The notes: generated by a model from the sequence alone, not told the origin. A stretch of DNA of 55,809 nt from Octopus bimaculoides (GCF_001194135.2 NC_068985.1:95668803-95724611), one strand, 5' to 3'. Shown: positions 37,484 to 49,280, numbered from the stretch's first letter. Numbers and translations: made by a program.

Positions 37484-37811
37484 CTGAGATAATGAAAAAA
37501 AAAACATTAACATTCTAACTTTTCAGCTTTTAAGATATCAGAGAAAACACTCCAGAAANNNNNNNNNNGAGAAAGATAAAACTCTCAAGATAGAAAAGAC
37601 ACTCAAGATAGAGAGCATAAGATAGAGAAAATACTCCAAACAGAGACGACACTTAAGACAGAGAAGGGACTACATATAAAACACTTGAATAGTCAATCAT
37701 AGAAACCAGCTTTAAACAGTTGCATCTTATCTCTTGGATGTGTCAGTTGTTATTGTTTAAACCCAGGTCAGCTCATATAATAATGAAATTATTGTGTATA
37801 GTACTCAGGTA

Positions 37812-38565
37812 GTTTTATTTATGCGTCCTTTTAAAGCCTAGCCAAGCTCATGGGCCCGGTTTCCCCGGTTTCTATGGCGTATGTGTTTCCCCCCAGCTGG
37901 ACGGGACACCAGTCCGTCACAGCGTTACTCAAGAAACAGGAAGAAAGAGTGAGAGAAAGTTGGAGCGAAAGAGTACAACCGGAGTCGCCACCACCCCCTG
38001 CCAGAGCCTTGTGGAGCTTTAGGTGTTTTCGCTCAATAAACACACACAACACCCAGTCTGGGAATCGAAACCGTGATCCTCCGACCGCAAGTCCGCAACC
38101 CTAACCACTGGGGCCATTGTGCCTCCTAATAATAAATGCNNNNNNNNNNNNNNNNNNNNNNNNNNNNNNNNNNNNNNNNNNNNNNNNNNNNNNNNNNNNN
38201 NNNNNNNNNNNNNNNNNNNNNNNNNNNNNNNNNNNNNNNNNNNNNNNNNNNNNNNNNNNNNNNNNNNNNNNNNNNNNNNNNNNNNNNNNNNNNNNNNNNN
38301 NNNNNNNNNNNNNNNNNNNNNNNNNNNNNNNNNNNNNNNNNNNNNNNNNNNNNNACCAGTCCGTCACAGCGTTACTCAAGAAACAGGAAGAAAGAGTGAG
38401 AGAAAGTTGGAGCGAAAGAGTACAACCGGAGTCGCCACCACCCCCTGCCAGAGCCTTGTGGAGCTTTAGGTGTTTTCGCTCAATAAACACACACAACACC
38501 CGGTCTGGGAATCGAAACCACGATCCTCTGACCACAAGTCCGCTGCCCTAACCACTGGGCCATTG
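37812..38565 (-). mobile_element. SINE family F head-to-tail dimer (tRNA head; central motif resembling Deu/Nin-type domains)
   Basis: Head tggcccagtggttaggg / GGTTTCGATTCCC; gacggactggtgtcccgtccag core; 12-bp TSD agtactcaggta at 37800-37811 and 38566-38577. Confidence 0.88.
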
Positions 38566-38697
38566 AGTACTCAGGTATACTACAACTTATTGAAGGTGCA
38601 TGTACAGTACATAGAATTATGTACAAAAGCCAGGAAAGTGAACAGTGTATGAGTCATGATATACATGTGTGCATGCGTATGGAGGGGTGGGGGTATA

Positions 38698-38863
38698 TCA
38701 GGTGTGGTGTTGGTGAATTTCAGGAAGCATGGAGGTTTTAAAGGATGCAATGTCTCAGCAACTAGCAACTGATGCAGGTCGTTTGTTCCATGCTTCAGCA
38801 ACTCTGAATGCGAAAAAAATGTTTCCGAAAGTCATGGGAGCTGTGCTGTTTTCTGACATTGTA
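38698..38863 (-). mobile_element. CR1-clade LINE 3' ORF2 fragment
   Basis: With one frameshift: VRKQHSSHDFRKHFFAFRVAEAWNKRPASV, matching the RxxFFxxRVxxxWNxLP motif; bordered by SINE A at 38863-39030. Confidence 0.8.
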
Positions 38864-39057
38864 GGCACAGAAGTGGCTGTGTGGTAAGAAGTTTGCTTCC
38901 CAACTACATGGTTCCAGGTTCAGTCCCACTGCGTGACACCTTGAGCAAATGTCTTCTACTATAGCCTCGGGCCGACCAAAGCCTTGTGAGTGGATTTGGT
39001 AGACAGAAAATGAAAGAAGCCCATCGTGTATGTATACAGAGCTGAGTTGCACTACAA

Positions 39058-39472
39058 CATCATGGACTCAAGATGACAGAATGCAATATGAAGATTTAGC
39101 TGCTATTTCTAGTCTATCAAACAACCACACACAGACAACATCATTGACTCTTCAAGATGACAGAATGTGATATGATGAAGATTTAACTGCTATTTCTAGT
39201 ATATCAAACGGCCGCATAAAGGCTACATCATGGACTCAAGATGACAATGTAATATGAAGATTTAGCTGCTATTTCTAGTATATCAAACGACCACACATAG
39301 ACAACATCATTGACTCTTCAAGGTGACAGAATGTGATATGATGAAGATTTAACTGCTATTTCTAGTATATCAAACGGCTGCATAAAGGCTACATCATGGA
39401 CTCAAGATGACAGAATGCAATATGAAGATTTAGCTGCTATTTCTAGTATATAAAACGACCACATAAAGGCTC
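39058..39472 (+). repeat. Five 79-87-bp units derived from the family G core, alternating A/B
   Basis: Units start at 39058, 39139, 39226, 39305, 39392; each has gaagattta(g/a)ctgctatttctagt. Confidence 0.9.
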
Positions 39473-40044
39473 TGTTCACTCTTATAAATGAAGGAAAGGA
39501 TTGTTGTGGAAATGTTGAACCAAATTAGCAGATGACTTAATTGTGCTTTGAATATAACGACCGAAAGGTTGTAAATAACATGAATTAATGATAATAGAGA
39601 AGATAAAGTATTAAGGCTTAGATAAATATCCATTGTAGGGCAGATAGATATTTAGTGGACTTTGATAGGAATTTGGTCAGTAGTACTTCTGTTGGTTACT
39701 TGTTTGTTTTTACAATAATTACTTCTAAATAGTTTTGTCAACTATGGGACATGATAAATGTGGATTTACAGAAAGGAGAAAAGAAGAAAAGAGAGAGAGA
39801 TGGAGAAAGACAGAGAGGAACCGGAACGTAAAGAGAGAGACTAAGGAGAATAGAGAATGACAGAAAGAGAGAGATGAAGACAGAGAAAGAGGGGGAGGGA
39901 GAAAGAAAGGTAGACCAAGAGAGAGAGAGATTAACCTCTAGTCACTCCATTTGTTTCCTTTGATTATGAACAGTGTATCTAGGACTACATTATCCAATGG
40001 GCTCGTTTTTATGAGACATTCCATTTTTAAGGTCCTTAATTTTA

Positions 40045-40684
40045 GTCCAGCAAATCGACCCCAGGGCTTATTCGTTACTTATTCTATCGGTCTGTCTTGC
40101 CGAACAGCTAAGTGACGGGGACGTAAACACACCAGCATCNNNNNNNNNNNNNNNNNNNNNNNNNNNNNNNNNNNNNNNNNNNNNNNNNNNNNNNNNNNNN
40201 NNNNNNNNNNNNNNNNNNNNNNNNNNNNNNNNNNNNNNNAGCAAGCTACTTACCACACAGCCACTCCTGCGCCTATATATATATTTATTATTTATATTCT
40301 TTTCTTTTATTCTTTTACTTGCTGGAGCACCGCCTTTAGTCGAACAAATCAACCCCCAGGACTTTTTCTGTAAGCCTAGTACTTATTTTATCGATCTCTT
40401 TTGCCGAACTGCTAAGTTATGGGTATGTAAACACTCCAACATCAGTTGTCAAGCAATGGTGGGGAGACAAACACAGACATGCAAATACACACACACACAC
40501 ACACACTCACATGTATATGTGTGTGTGTGTTTGTGTGTGTGAGATGGCCTTCTTTCAGTTTCTGTCTACCAAATCCACTCACAAGGCTTTGGTCGGCCCA
40601 AGGCTATAGTAGAAGACACTTGCCCAAGGTGCCACGCAGTGGGACTGAACCCGGAACCATGCGGTTGGGAAGCACTCCTGTGCC
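40045..40684 (-). mobile_element. Two SINE A copies (40045-40274 with gap; 40312-40684)
   Basis: Align to the A consensus. Confidence 0.88.
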
Positions 40685-41132
40685 TATATATATATATATA
40701 TAGTGAGAGAGGGAGAGAGAGAGAGGGTAGATGCAAAGGAAGAACTGTGTATTGTTGTCTTCTATGGGCAACTCATACCCCATTGTTTTCCACAAATATA
40801 TACAAGAGTTGATGATAAAAACTTAATGGCTTTGCATGATGGGAAATATAAAATAAAAAAAAGTAAGAAAATAGATAAATACATAGAAAAACCAAACAAA
40901 GAAATGTGTGAAGAATGTTGAGCTCACATGGAAACTGAGACTGGTGACATGTGAAGCGGGTGTGTGGAGGGGTAGTTTATAATTAGCTCTGTAGCAAACA
41001 AGATACCCCTCATTTGATTGCAATTACCCTAATTGATCAGATGATTGCAGATTTTGAGCTGAGATAATAAGCTTGGACTGTGTGTGTGTGTGTGTGTGTG
41101 TGCATGTGCATGTGTGTGTGTATACATGTATA

Positions 41133-41175
<43 letters not shown>

Positions 41176-41289
41176 TAAATGGATGTCTTATAAAACTATT
41201 CTGCACATAAAATAACAGCCATACCAACCTAACACCCCCTGCCATCATCAGCTGCCCCATAGATATCATTATGGTTTCGACACCTGGGC

Positions 41290-41941
41290 TGTACCATGTG
41301 CTGGTGCCACATAAAAAGGACCTGTGCTGGTGCCATGTGAAAAGCACATGTGCCAGTACCACATAAAAAGCACCCATGCTGGTGCCATGTGAAAAGCACA
41401 TGTGCTGGTACCACATAAAAAGCACCGATGCTGGTGCCATGTGAAAAGCACCCATGCTGGTGTCATGTGAAAAGCACATGTGCTGGTACCACATAAAAAG
41501 CACCCATGCTGGTGCCATGTGAAAAGCACCCATGCTGGTGTCATGTGAAAAGCACATGTGATGGTACCACATAAAAAGCACCCATGCTGGTGCCATGTGA
41601 AAAGCACCNNNNNNNNNNNNNNNNNNNNNNNNNNNNNNNNNNNNNNNNNNNNNNNNNNNNNNNNCCACATAAAAAGCACCCATGCTGGTGCCATGTGAAA
41701 AGCACCCATGCTGGTGTCATGTGAAAAGCACATGTGATGGTACCACATAAAAAGCACCCATGCTGGTGCCATGTGAAAAGCACCCAGTACACTCTGTAAA
41801 GTAAATCGCATTAGGAAGGGCATCCAACCATAGAAACCTTGCCAAAAGAGATAATTGAACCCTGGTGCAGTTCTCAGGCTCGCTAGCTTCTGTCAAACTG
41901 TCCAACCCATGCCAGCATGGAAAACAGATGCTAAGTGATGG

Positions 41942-41972
<31 letters not shown>

Positions 41973-41995
41973 AACGATGACGACGACGATGACGG
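41290..41995 (+). mobile_element. Family C variant with 26-bp minisatellite in a 78-bp higher-order repeat
   Basis: Array at 41299-41785 continues into the C 3' end and (GAT)n tail. Confidence 0.88.
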
Positions 41996-42191
41996 TAGTT
42001 CTTCGACAATTGCTGTTGCATTTGCTGTTACTATCGTCACTGCAATTGTCGTTGCTATTCTGACAATTGCACTTACACATACAGCTATTGTGGTTGAGGT
42101 TATCGCTGTTGCTACTTATTGTTACTACTATTATTTCTAAGTTTACACTTGTTGCTTTCTTTACTGTTGCAACTGTGCGACTATTATTCAT

Positions 42192-42403
42192 GGCGGCGAG
42201 CCAGCAGACTTGTCAAAGTGCCCGGGAAAAATTCTCAGTGGCATATCCTATGGCTTTTTACGTTCTCAACTCAAATTACACCAAAGTCAACCTGACCCCT
42301 CATCCTTTCACGGCCAATAAAATAAGTACCGGTTAAGTTCTGTTGTTGATGTAATCAACTAAACATCTCCTCTAAAATTGCCAGATTTGTACCGAAATTA
42401 GAA
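42192..42403 (+). mobile_element. SINE family B, old copy
   Basis: ggcggcgagccagcaga head; catcctttc..aataaaataagtacc core. Confidence 0.75.
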
Positions 42404-42884
42404 TGAATGGTGTAAATACTGCTGCTGTTGCTTATATTAACAATGACAATGACAATGACAGAATTGATGTTTTATTTGCATAATAGCAGAGACTGAGAAG
42501 TTACAATAAAAAAGTTTCAAGTGATAAGACAAAATAAGAATTAAAGAAAAAATAAAAGTATTCTAATAAAAAAACATTGTTTTTTGTTTTAGCATTAAAA
42601 TTTATGAAATGAAAGCATTTTACTTTTGTTTTTACAAAAGTTTGAAAATTTAAGTAAAATATTAAAAAAAAAAAAAAAGTATTTTAATATCTGAACAGAA
42701 AATAGCAATATTTGAAAAGTGAGTGGAATGAAGGAAGAGAAGAGAGATGGAATGGAGGAATATGGGGATGAATATTCTCGAGAAGAAAGTTAAGATGAAA
42801 GGAAAAAAAAAAAATGAAAGAAAAGAGAAGAAAAATAACACAAAATTAAAGGTTTTCTTATTGAGTTGTTAAACATCAGGGACT

Positions 42885-43062
42885 ATTTGACGTCAATCGA
42901 ATTGCCACTTTTCTGTTGTTTCCATAGAAATCAGACAACCATGTTCGCAACTATGCGAAATATAAAAAAGACTGCTATAGATATTGGTTCCTGCCTATTA
43001 CCATGGAGACGGAAGTGGCAAGTTGGGGATGGGGGGATAGAGATTGGACAGCAAAGGTAAGA
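42885..43062 (+). promoter_or_regulatory. Promoter-like island / candidate first exon
   Basis: TGACGTCA (42888-95), two RFX X-box-like 14-mers (42918-31, 42997-43010), CGGAAGTG (43010-17), retained CpGs, ACCATGG, donor AAG|gtaaga at 43056/57. Confidence 0.4.
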
Positions 43063-43477
43063 GAGAGAGAGAGAGAGATGGGCCGAGCTTCTGCTCTTTC
43101 ATTATGTATTAAACAAGCAGAAGTCAATGATGGTGTGCTGTGAGAATTTACTTTAGATTATCACAACAGAGCTGCCAAGAACAGTAAGAATGAAAGAAAT
43201 TTAAACCAATATAGAGATGGTTCCAAGTGAACTCATTTCAATAGTATTCAATGACACATGGAAAAGTATGGCCTCCTTGTTACCGTAGTGAAAACTGCAA
43301 TATTTTGCTTAAATTTTCATTTATAACTTTTGTCTAAATATCTAAAGATTGGTGTGCTCAATTCTTCCTTGAAACAGCATGAAATTGTTTGAAGACTCAG
43401 CGACTATTTCTTATCTAATGCTGGCGAGCAAATAAAACAGCCTATGACAAATGCCATTTAGTGTCCAAGCTAAGGTA

Positions 43478-43695
43478 GCAAGCTAGCAGAAATGCTAGTA
43501 TGTCAGAAAAAATGCCTAGCTGTATTTTTCAGCCCTTTCCATTCTGAGTTCAAATTCTGTCATAGTTGAACTTTGCTTTTTATCCATTTAGGGGTGATAA
43601 AAAAAGTTCCAGTAAAGTGCTGTGGATTGATGTAATCAACCTGCCTCCTCCCCTCAAAATTGCTGGCTTTGTGCCAACATTCGAACAAATTAGAA
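43478..43695 (+). mobile_element. SINE family B, old copy
   Basis: gcaagctagcagaa head, ttctgagttcaaattc B box. Confidence 0.75.
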
Positions 43696-43709
43696 TCAGT
43701 CTAGTATCC

Positions 43710-43743
<34 letters not shown>

Positions 43744-44019
43744 TCTAGAGTTCCTACAGAAAGTTGTCTCTTAGGGACAACAAGGATTATCGGGAGGGTT
43801 CTAAGCACTTGAAAGACTATTGAAAACTTGTGGGTACCTGAGGTACATGGAACAAATACGGACTTTAATAAGGGTGGAGCACTTGCAGAAAACAACATTG
43901 CTTGGAACAGTTCTAATACTCCGAAAGGTGCTCGAAAAAGAAGGGGTGTTACCTTAGTTCACAGGTAGTGAACAGCTGACACTGTGGTACATCTCCAGCA
44001 TTAGAAGCTGTGCAAAGGC
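43744..44019 (+). mobile_element. R4/Dong-like (RLE) non-LTR retrotransposon 3' fragments within (AAT)n
   Basis: EFLQK/CLLGTTRIIGRVLST* then YMEQIRTLIRVEHLQKTTLLGTVLILRKVLEK; (AAT)n on both sides. Confidence 0.7.
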
Positions 44020-44049
44020 AATAATAATAATAATAATAATAATAATAAT

Positions 44050-44270
44050 CCTTTCTACTATATGCACAAGGCCTGAAATTTGGGGAGAAGGATAGTCGAT
44101 TACATCAATTCCAGTACTTGACTGGCACTTAATTTATTGACCCTGAAAGGATGAAAGGCAAAGCTGACCTTGGTGGAATTTGAACTCAGAACTTAAAGAT
44201 GGACAAAATACCGCTAAGCATTTCAAAAATACCGCTAAGCATTTCAAAAATACCGCTAAGCATTTCATCC
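44050..44270 (-). mobile_element. SINE family B with internal 21-bp triplication (44205-44266)
   Basis: aaaataccgctaagcatttc x3. Confidence 0.88.
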
Positions 44271-44344
44271 ACCTTCATAATGATGAGATAAACTCGACTG
44301 CTCTCATAAATGAGAACACTGAAAATGAACCTGACCGCTCTCAA

Positions 44345-44552
44345 AAATTAAGTAAAAAAACAGGAAAAATAATCCAGAATCATTGTCCAGTACCAGATCG
44401 ATCCCAAAATTTAATCAGTTCGTGGTAGTTACAAGGCCAAACATTGCTGAAAGTTTCAGCCAAATCCATGCATCGGTTCTTGAGATATCTTGTCCACGGA
44501 CAAACAAACAAGACTGGAAACAATACCTCTGCATTCGCTAAGGTGGAAGTAA
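44345..44552. mobile_element. Possible Helitron/Helentron-type non-autonomous element
   Basis: Decayed subterminal hairpin acctctgcattcgctaaggtggaagt after (CAAA)n; family resemblance from memory only. Confidence 0.3.
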
Positions 44553-44927
44553 TCATAATTTCTTTTATTTCTTAACAGGGCAAAGGATGAGGTGGACAGT
44601 AGAAAGACAGGCGCAATGTGTGGGTGTTTACATACAATGAAATGAGAGAAAATAATAATAGTAATAATAATAATAGTAATAATAGTAATAATAATAATAA
44701 TAATAGTAATAATAATAGTAATAATCATGATGATGATGATGATGATGACAACGATGAAGATAATTATACTGTAAAATTATTTTGCTATTAAAATAGAAAG
44801 TAAGTAATTACAAAAAACTAAAAACTGAAGAATTACACACTCACGCAAGAAAAATGGAAGTCAATTAACGACAGGAAAAAGGAGCGAAAGTGTACTTGTT
44901 TATAAGAATCTAACAGCAACACACTAG

Positions 44928-44964
<37 letters not shown>

Positions 44965-45491
44965 CTGGAGAAATAAAGCAGCCAGAGGAAAACAAATAGT
45001 TCCCATCAGCTTTACATGCAAACAAAACATTATACTAAACTATTATAAGAACTAAATTAACTTTTAAGGCTTTTTAATGGCTTCAATTAGCACGAATAGA
45101 GAGTAAAATGTTATTGAAGACTTCCTTCTTGAGGAAACTACTCAGAAATGAATCAATGCTGAATAGCCATAAATAATGGTTTTTGTTTAGTTCTTTTAGT
45201 CTTTTAATGATTTCAATCATTCAACTGTGGCCATATTGGGGTCAATGCAGTCATAATAAAACCCGGTACTTAGAACTGTTTTATTGATCTTTATTTATGG
45301 ATGGAACCAGCTAAGTTTATCTTTTAGGTGAAGGTTTATAAGTGAACAAGCTGTTTTAGTCTGGCGTATATAAACAGCAACAACACAGATGCATGCACAC
45401 ACACATATTTCCTTTCTTTCACTTCCTCTTCACAGCGTTCACCACGATCCCTGTTTCTAAGCATCTGTCACACTCTTTTCACTCCTTTTTT

Positions 45492-45970
45492 TTTTTCTAC
45501 TCTAAGCACAAGGCCCGAAATTTTTGGGGAGGGAGCCAGTCGATTAGATCGACCTCAGTATGCAACTGGTACTTAATTTATCGACCCCGAAAGGATGAAA
45601 GGCAAAGTCGACCTTGGTGGAATTTGAACTCAGAACATAAAGACAGACGAAATACCACTAAGCATTTCACCCAGCGTGCTAACATTTCTGCCAGATCACC
45701 ACCTTCAAATATTTTTTTCAAGGCCTGAAATTTTGGGGGAGGGGACCAGTTGATTAGATTGATCCCAGTACGCAACTGGTACTTATTTTATCAATCTCGA
45801 AAGGATGAAAGGCAAAGTCGACCTCGGCGGAATTTGAACTCAGACTGTAAAGACAAACAAAATACTGCTAAGCATTTCGCCCAGCATGCTAACAATTCTT
45901 ATTTCTTTATTGCCCACAAGGGGCTAAACACAGAGGGGACAAACAAGGACAGACAAAGGGGTTAAGTCGA
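45492..45970 (-). mobile_element. Tandem SINE B copies (45492-45705, 45718-45895) plus a variant tail
   Basis: Both align to the B consensus. Confidence 0.9.
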
Positions 45971-46375
45971 AGGGGGGGAGCACACACACACACCTCTTGG
46001 GTCCACCCTTGATGATGATGATGATGATGATGATGATATATAAAACCATAATGATATCCATTAGCATATGATGGGTTGTATGCATTTGATGTGCTTGTTT
46101 ATATGTATGTGTTGTAAGGGTTCCAGTAAGGGTTAAACTTATTTAACAAGTTCTTAGTCTATAGAGATTTTTGTTGCACACACACACATATATATACATA
46201 TATATACTTTAGTTCTGGATTAACAAGGTAACCAACCATTGGTCTTATGTGAAGAGATCTTCACAATTGTTCAAGTGTGCCACATGAAAGTGTTGGTACC
46301 TATTTCCATTTTGGATGGGAATACCATTCAAAATGGAGATGAATACAAGCATTGTCATGTGGACAGCTATTATTG

Positions 46376-46512
46376 TTTACATTTGACGGATATTTGTCCT
46401 CATCTTGTTTGTTGTTAACACGTTTCGGCTGATATACCCTCCGGCCTTCATCAGGTGTCTTGGGGAAATTTCGAACCTGGGTTCTCATTCCTAAGGTATT
46501 TTTTGATGTTGC

Positions 46513-46544
<32 letters not shown>

Positions 46545-46580
46545 TCACTACCTGGAATTGAAGTCGGAATCTTGGGGTTA
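46376..46580 (-). mobile_element. SINE D, inverted partial copy
   Basis: Reverse complement of 46586-46878 lacking the last 38 nt and part of the head; hammerhead at 46417-46459 has a 3-nt deletion at the cleavage site. Confidence 0.92.
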
Positions 46581-46585
46581 AGAGT

Positions 46586-46878
46586 GGGCATATGGTGTAG
46601 TGGTTAAGAGCGCTGGCTACTAACCCCAAGGTTCCAAGTTCAATTCCAGGCAGTGACCTGAATAATAATAATAATAACAATAATAATAATAATAATAATA
46701 ATAACACCGAAAAATACCTTAGGAATGAGAACTCAGGCTTGAAATTTCCCCAAGACACCTGATGAAGGCTGGAGGGTACATCAGCCGAAAAGTTGTATTA
46801 ACAACAAACAAGATGAGGACAAATATCCGTCAAATGTAAATAATGTACATAATTCCTCATCTCTTAAATATAGAACTG
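46586..46878 (+). mobile_element. SINE D, full length (tRNA-Ser-like head, (AAT)n, hammerhead, no simple-repeat tail)
   Basis: A box TGGTGTAGTGG 46593-603, B box GTTCAATTCC 46638-47, hammerhead 46754-99, ends tatagaactg. Confidence 0.92.
46754..46799 (+). ncRNA. Minimal type I hammerhead motif in SINE D (stem III C mutated)
   Basis: GACAC-CUGAUGA-A-GGCUG(GAGGGUACAU)CAGCC-GAAA-AG-UU-GUAUU; perfect 5-bp stem II. Confidence 0.7.
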
Positions 46879-47045
46879 ACAGTCATCATGTTATCATCAT
46901 TGGTCTGATGTCCTTGTTGCCATCACACATCTGTTTCCAAGCAAGGTAATGTTTCCTATAACCAAAACTATTTTTCATGGAAGACTGGAAAGGAACGACA
47001 TGCTCATTTATAACCAAGTGATGTCAAGACAAGGGTACACACAAA

Positions 47046-47099
<54 letters not shown>

Positions 47100-47101
47100 T
47101 A

Positions 47102-47255
47102 TGATGGGCTTCTTTCAGTATCCGTATACCAAATCAATTCACAAGGCTTTTGTCAACCTAGAGCTGTGAAAGACACTTGCCCAAGGTTCCACACAGTGAG
47201 GCTGAACTCAAGACCACAGGGTTGGGAAGCAAGCTTCTTAACCACACAGCCACAA
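47102..47255 (-). mobile_element. SINE family A, 5' half
   Basis: Head and core. Confidence 0.85.
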
Positions 47256-47950
47256 CTGAATCTAAACTCTACGAGACATTGCCCCAGGATGGCCACTGTC
47301 TGATAAATGAAAAACACAGAGAGAATAAAGAGTAATTCAAAAGATTTCTCAAGAAAACAAAAAGATCAACTTTTAGTAAACCACGCAGATGTTCTGACCA
47401 TCTTTGTTTAGCATATGGCAGAAAATGATAGGAACCAATACAAGCATATACTAAAGATATGGTAGAATGATAACAGCTGGTAGCAGAAACAGAGTCGCCA
47501 AAAAACTTGTTAGAATGACCTACAATATGTAAAAGAGCAAACGGAAATTCAAAACCAACTGACATAGAACACAGAGAAACGTAGAAGAGAAAATCACAGA
47601 GAAACGAAAAATAATTCCATCATTACAACTATTGAAATGGTCATTCACTCAGTCGCTTCCATCTGGCCAACTCTGGAAGTCACAAGATAGGAAATAAATA
47701 TGAATTAGGAGAAATGGTTGTGAGATAACAAACACGCACAAGAAAGAAAAAAAGAAAAAAGAGACAGAGAGAGAGAAAGCATGAAAGAATTATCGCACAT
47801 CGCCATAATGGTGTCGGCGTTGATGTGTAAATGGTGCTATTTGGCAGTGAATGAAAAGAGAAGAAGAAGAAAAAAGAAAACAAAACCTGTCTCTAGCCTG
47901 CCATTGATAGAACACTTCTTCTTTATCTTGTTGATCTTCGTCTTCTATCT

Positions 47951-48023
47951 TTGACTACTACTTCTACTACTACTACTACTGCTACTAATACTACTACTAT
48001 TACTACTGCTGCTGCTGCTATTG

Positions 48024-48054
<31 letters not shown>

Positions 48055-48081
48055 CACTTCTGCTACAACTATTACCACCAT

Positions 48082-48135
<54 letters not shown>

Positions 48136-48520
48136 CACAACTTCTGCTACTGCTACAACTACTACCACCACCACCACCATTACTACTACCATAACACAAC
48201 TTCTACTGTTACTACTACTATCACTACCACTACCACCACTACAACCATCACCTCTGCTATGGCTACAACTACCACTACCACTACCACCACCACTACCACC
48301 ACCATCACTACTACTACTACTTGTACTACTATTACTATTACTACTATTACTACTACTACTACCACCACCATCACTACTACTACTATCACTACTACTACTA
48401 TTGCTACTACCACCACCACCACAACAACACCACTTCTACTACTACTACTACCACCACCACCACCACCACCACCATTACCACCACCATCACAACCACGACC
48501 ACCACCATAACCTTTACTGT
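47951..48520. repeat. Cryptic (ACT/ACC)n tract
   Basis: Direct reading. Confidence 0.95.
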
Positions 48521-49280
48521 TACTTCTCCTCCTACTTCTATTTTTTCTTCCATCTTCTTCTAATCCTTTCTTCTTTGTCTTCTTTTCATCTTTCTTTTCC
48601 ACGTTCTTCTGATTCTTGTGTCTTCTTCCATTCTTCTTCTGCCATTCTGCTGCTAATACGATATCCATCTGTTCTGTTCTACCATTTTTCTTCTAGACAT
48701 AACAGCCAAGTCTCCCTCAAATAACAGCAGAGAAGTCAACCATGGAACCAGATCCAATGTTCACATATCGGAAGCCCATACATGGTCGTTTGATCTGCTG
48801 GAAATATCAACCAAATCTCCCTCGGGTTACAGCGAACAGTCTGGGGGCGGGGAGAAGGGGAAAAATTAAGGAAACATTGGATAATATAATCCTAGACATA
48901 TTCTTCAAAAGACAGGATCGTCATGGTCAGAATGCCCTTCCTTGCAGACATCTGCTCAATCAGTGTTGATTTGGAGCTTAAACATCAACAGTAACAGCAG
49001 AAATCAGCCAGGGAACCAGATCTATTTCTAGCAGGTCAAACGACCTTGTATTGGAAACCTCTTCATGGTCAACTGACCTGCTAGAAATAGCAACCAAATC
49101 TTTCTCTCAAATCAAATACGAGCATCTTTTAAATCAAAGCTTCTCAACCCATTTTGGCCAAAAGCCCCCTTTTTGACTCTTGGAGTCACAAATGGCACAC
49201 CCCCCCACCTAGAAATATTTTTATTTTTCAATATACTTATTTTGATATCAGCAGATAATGATTAAAAAATGAAGGATGTT

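Noticed and set aside
46586-46660. tRNA gene
   Set aside because: No acceptor-stem pairing; continuous with the SINE D body. The same applies to the A, B and F heads
47269-47565. Hydrophobic ORF or exon candidates on minus
   Set aside because: In-frame stop or no convincing donor in each frame; no recognisable homology
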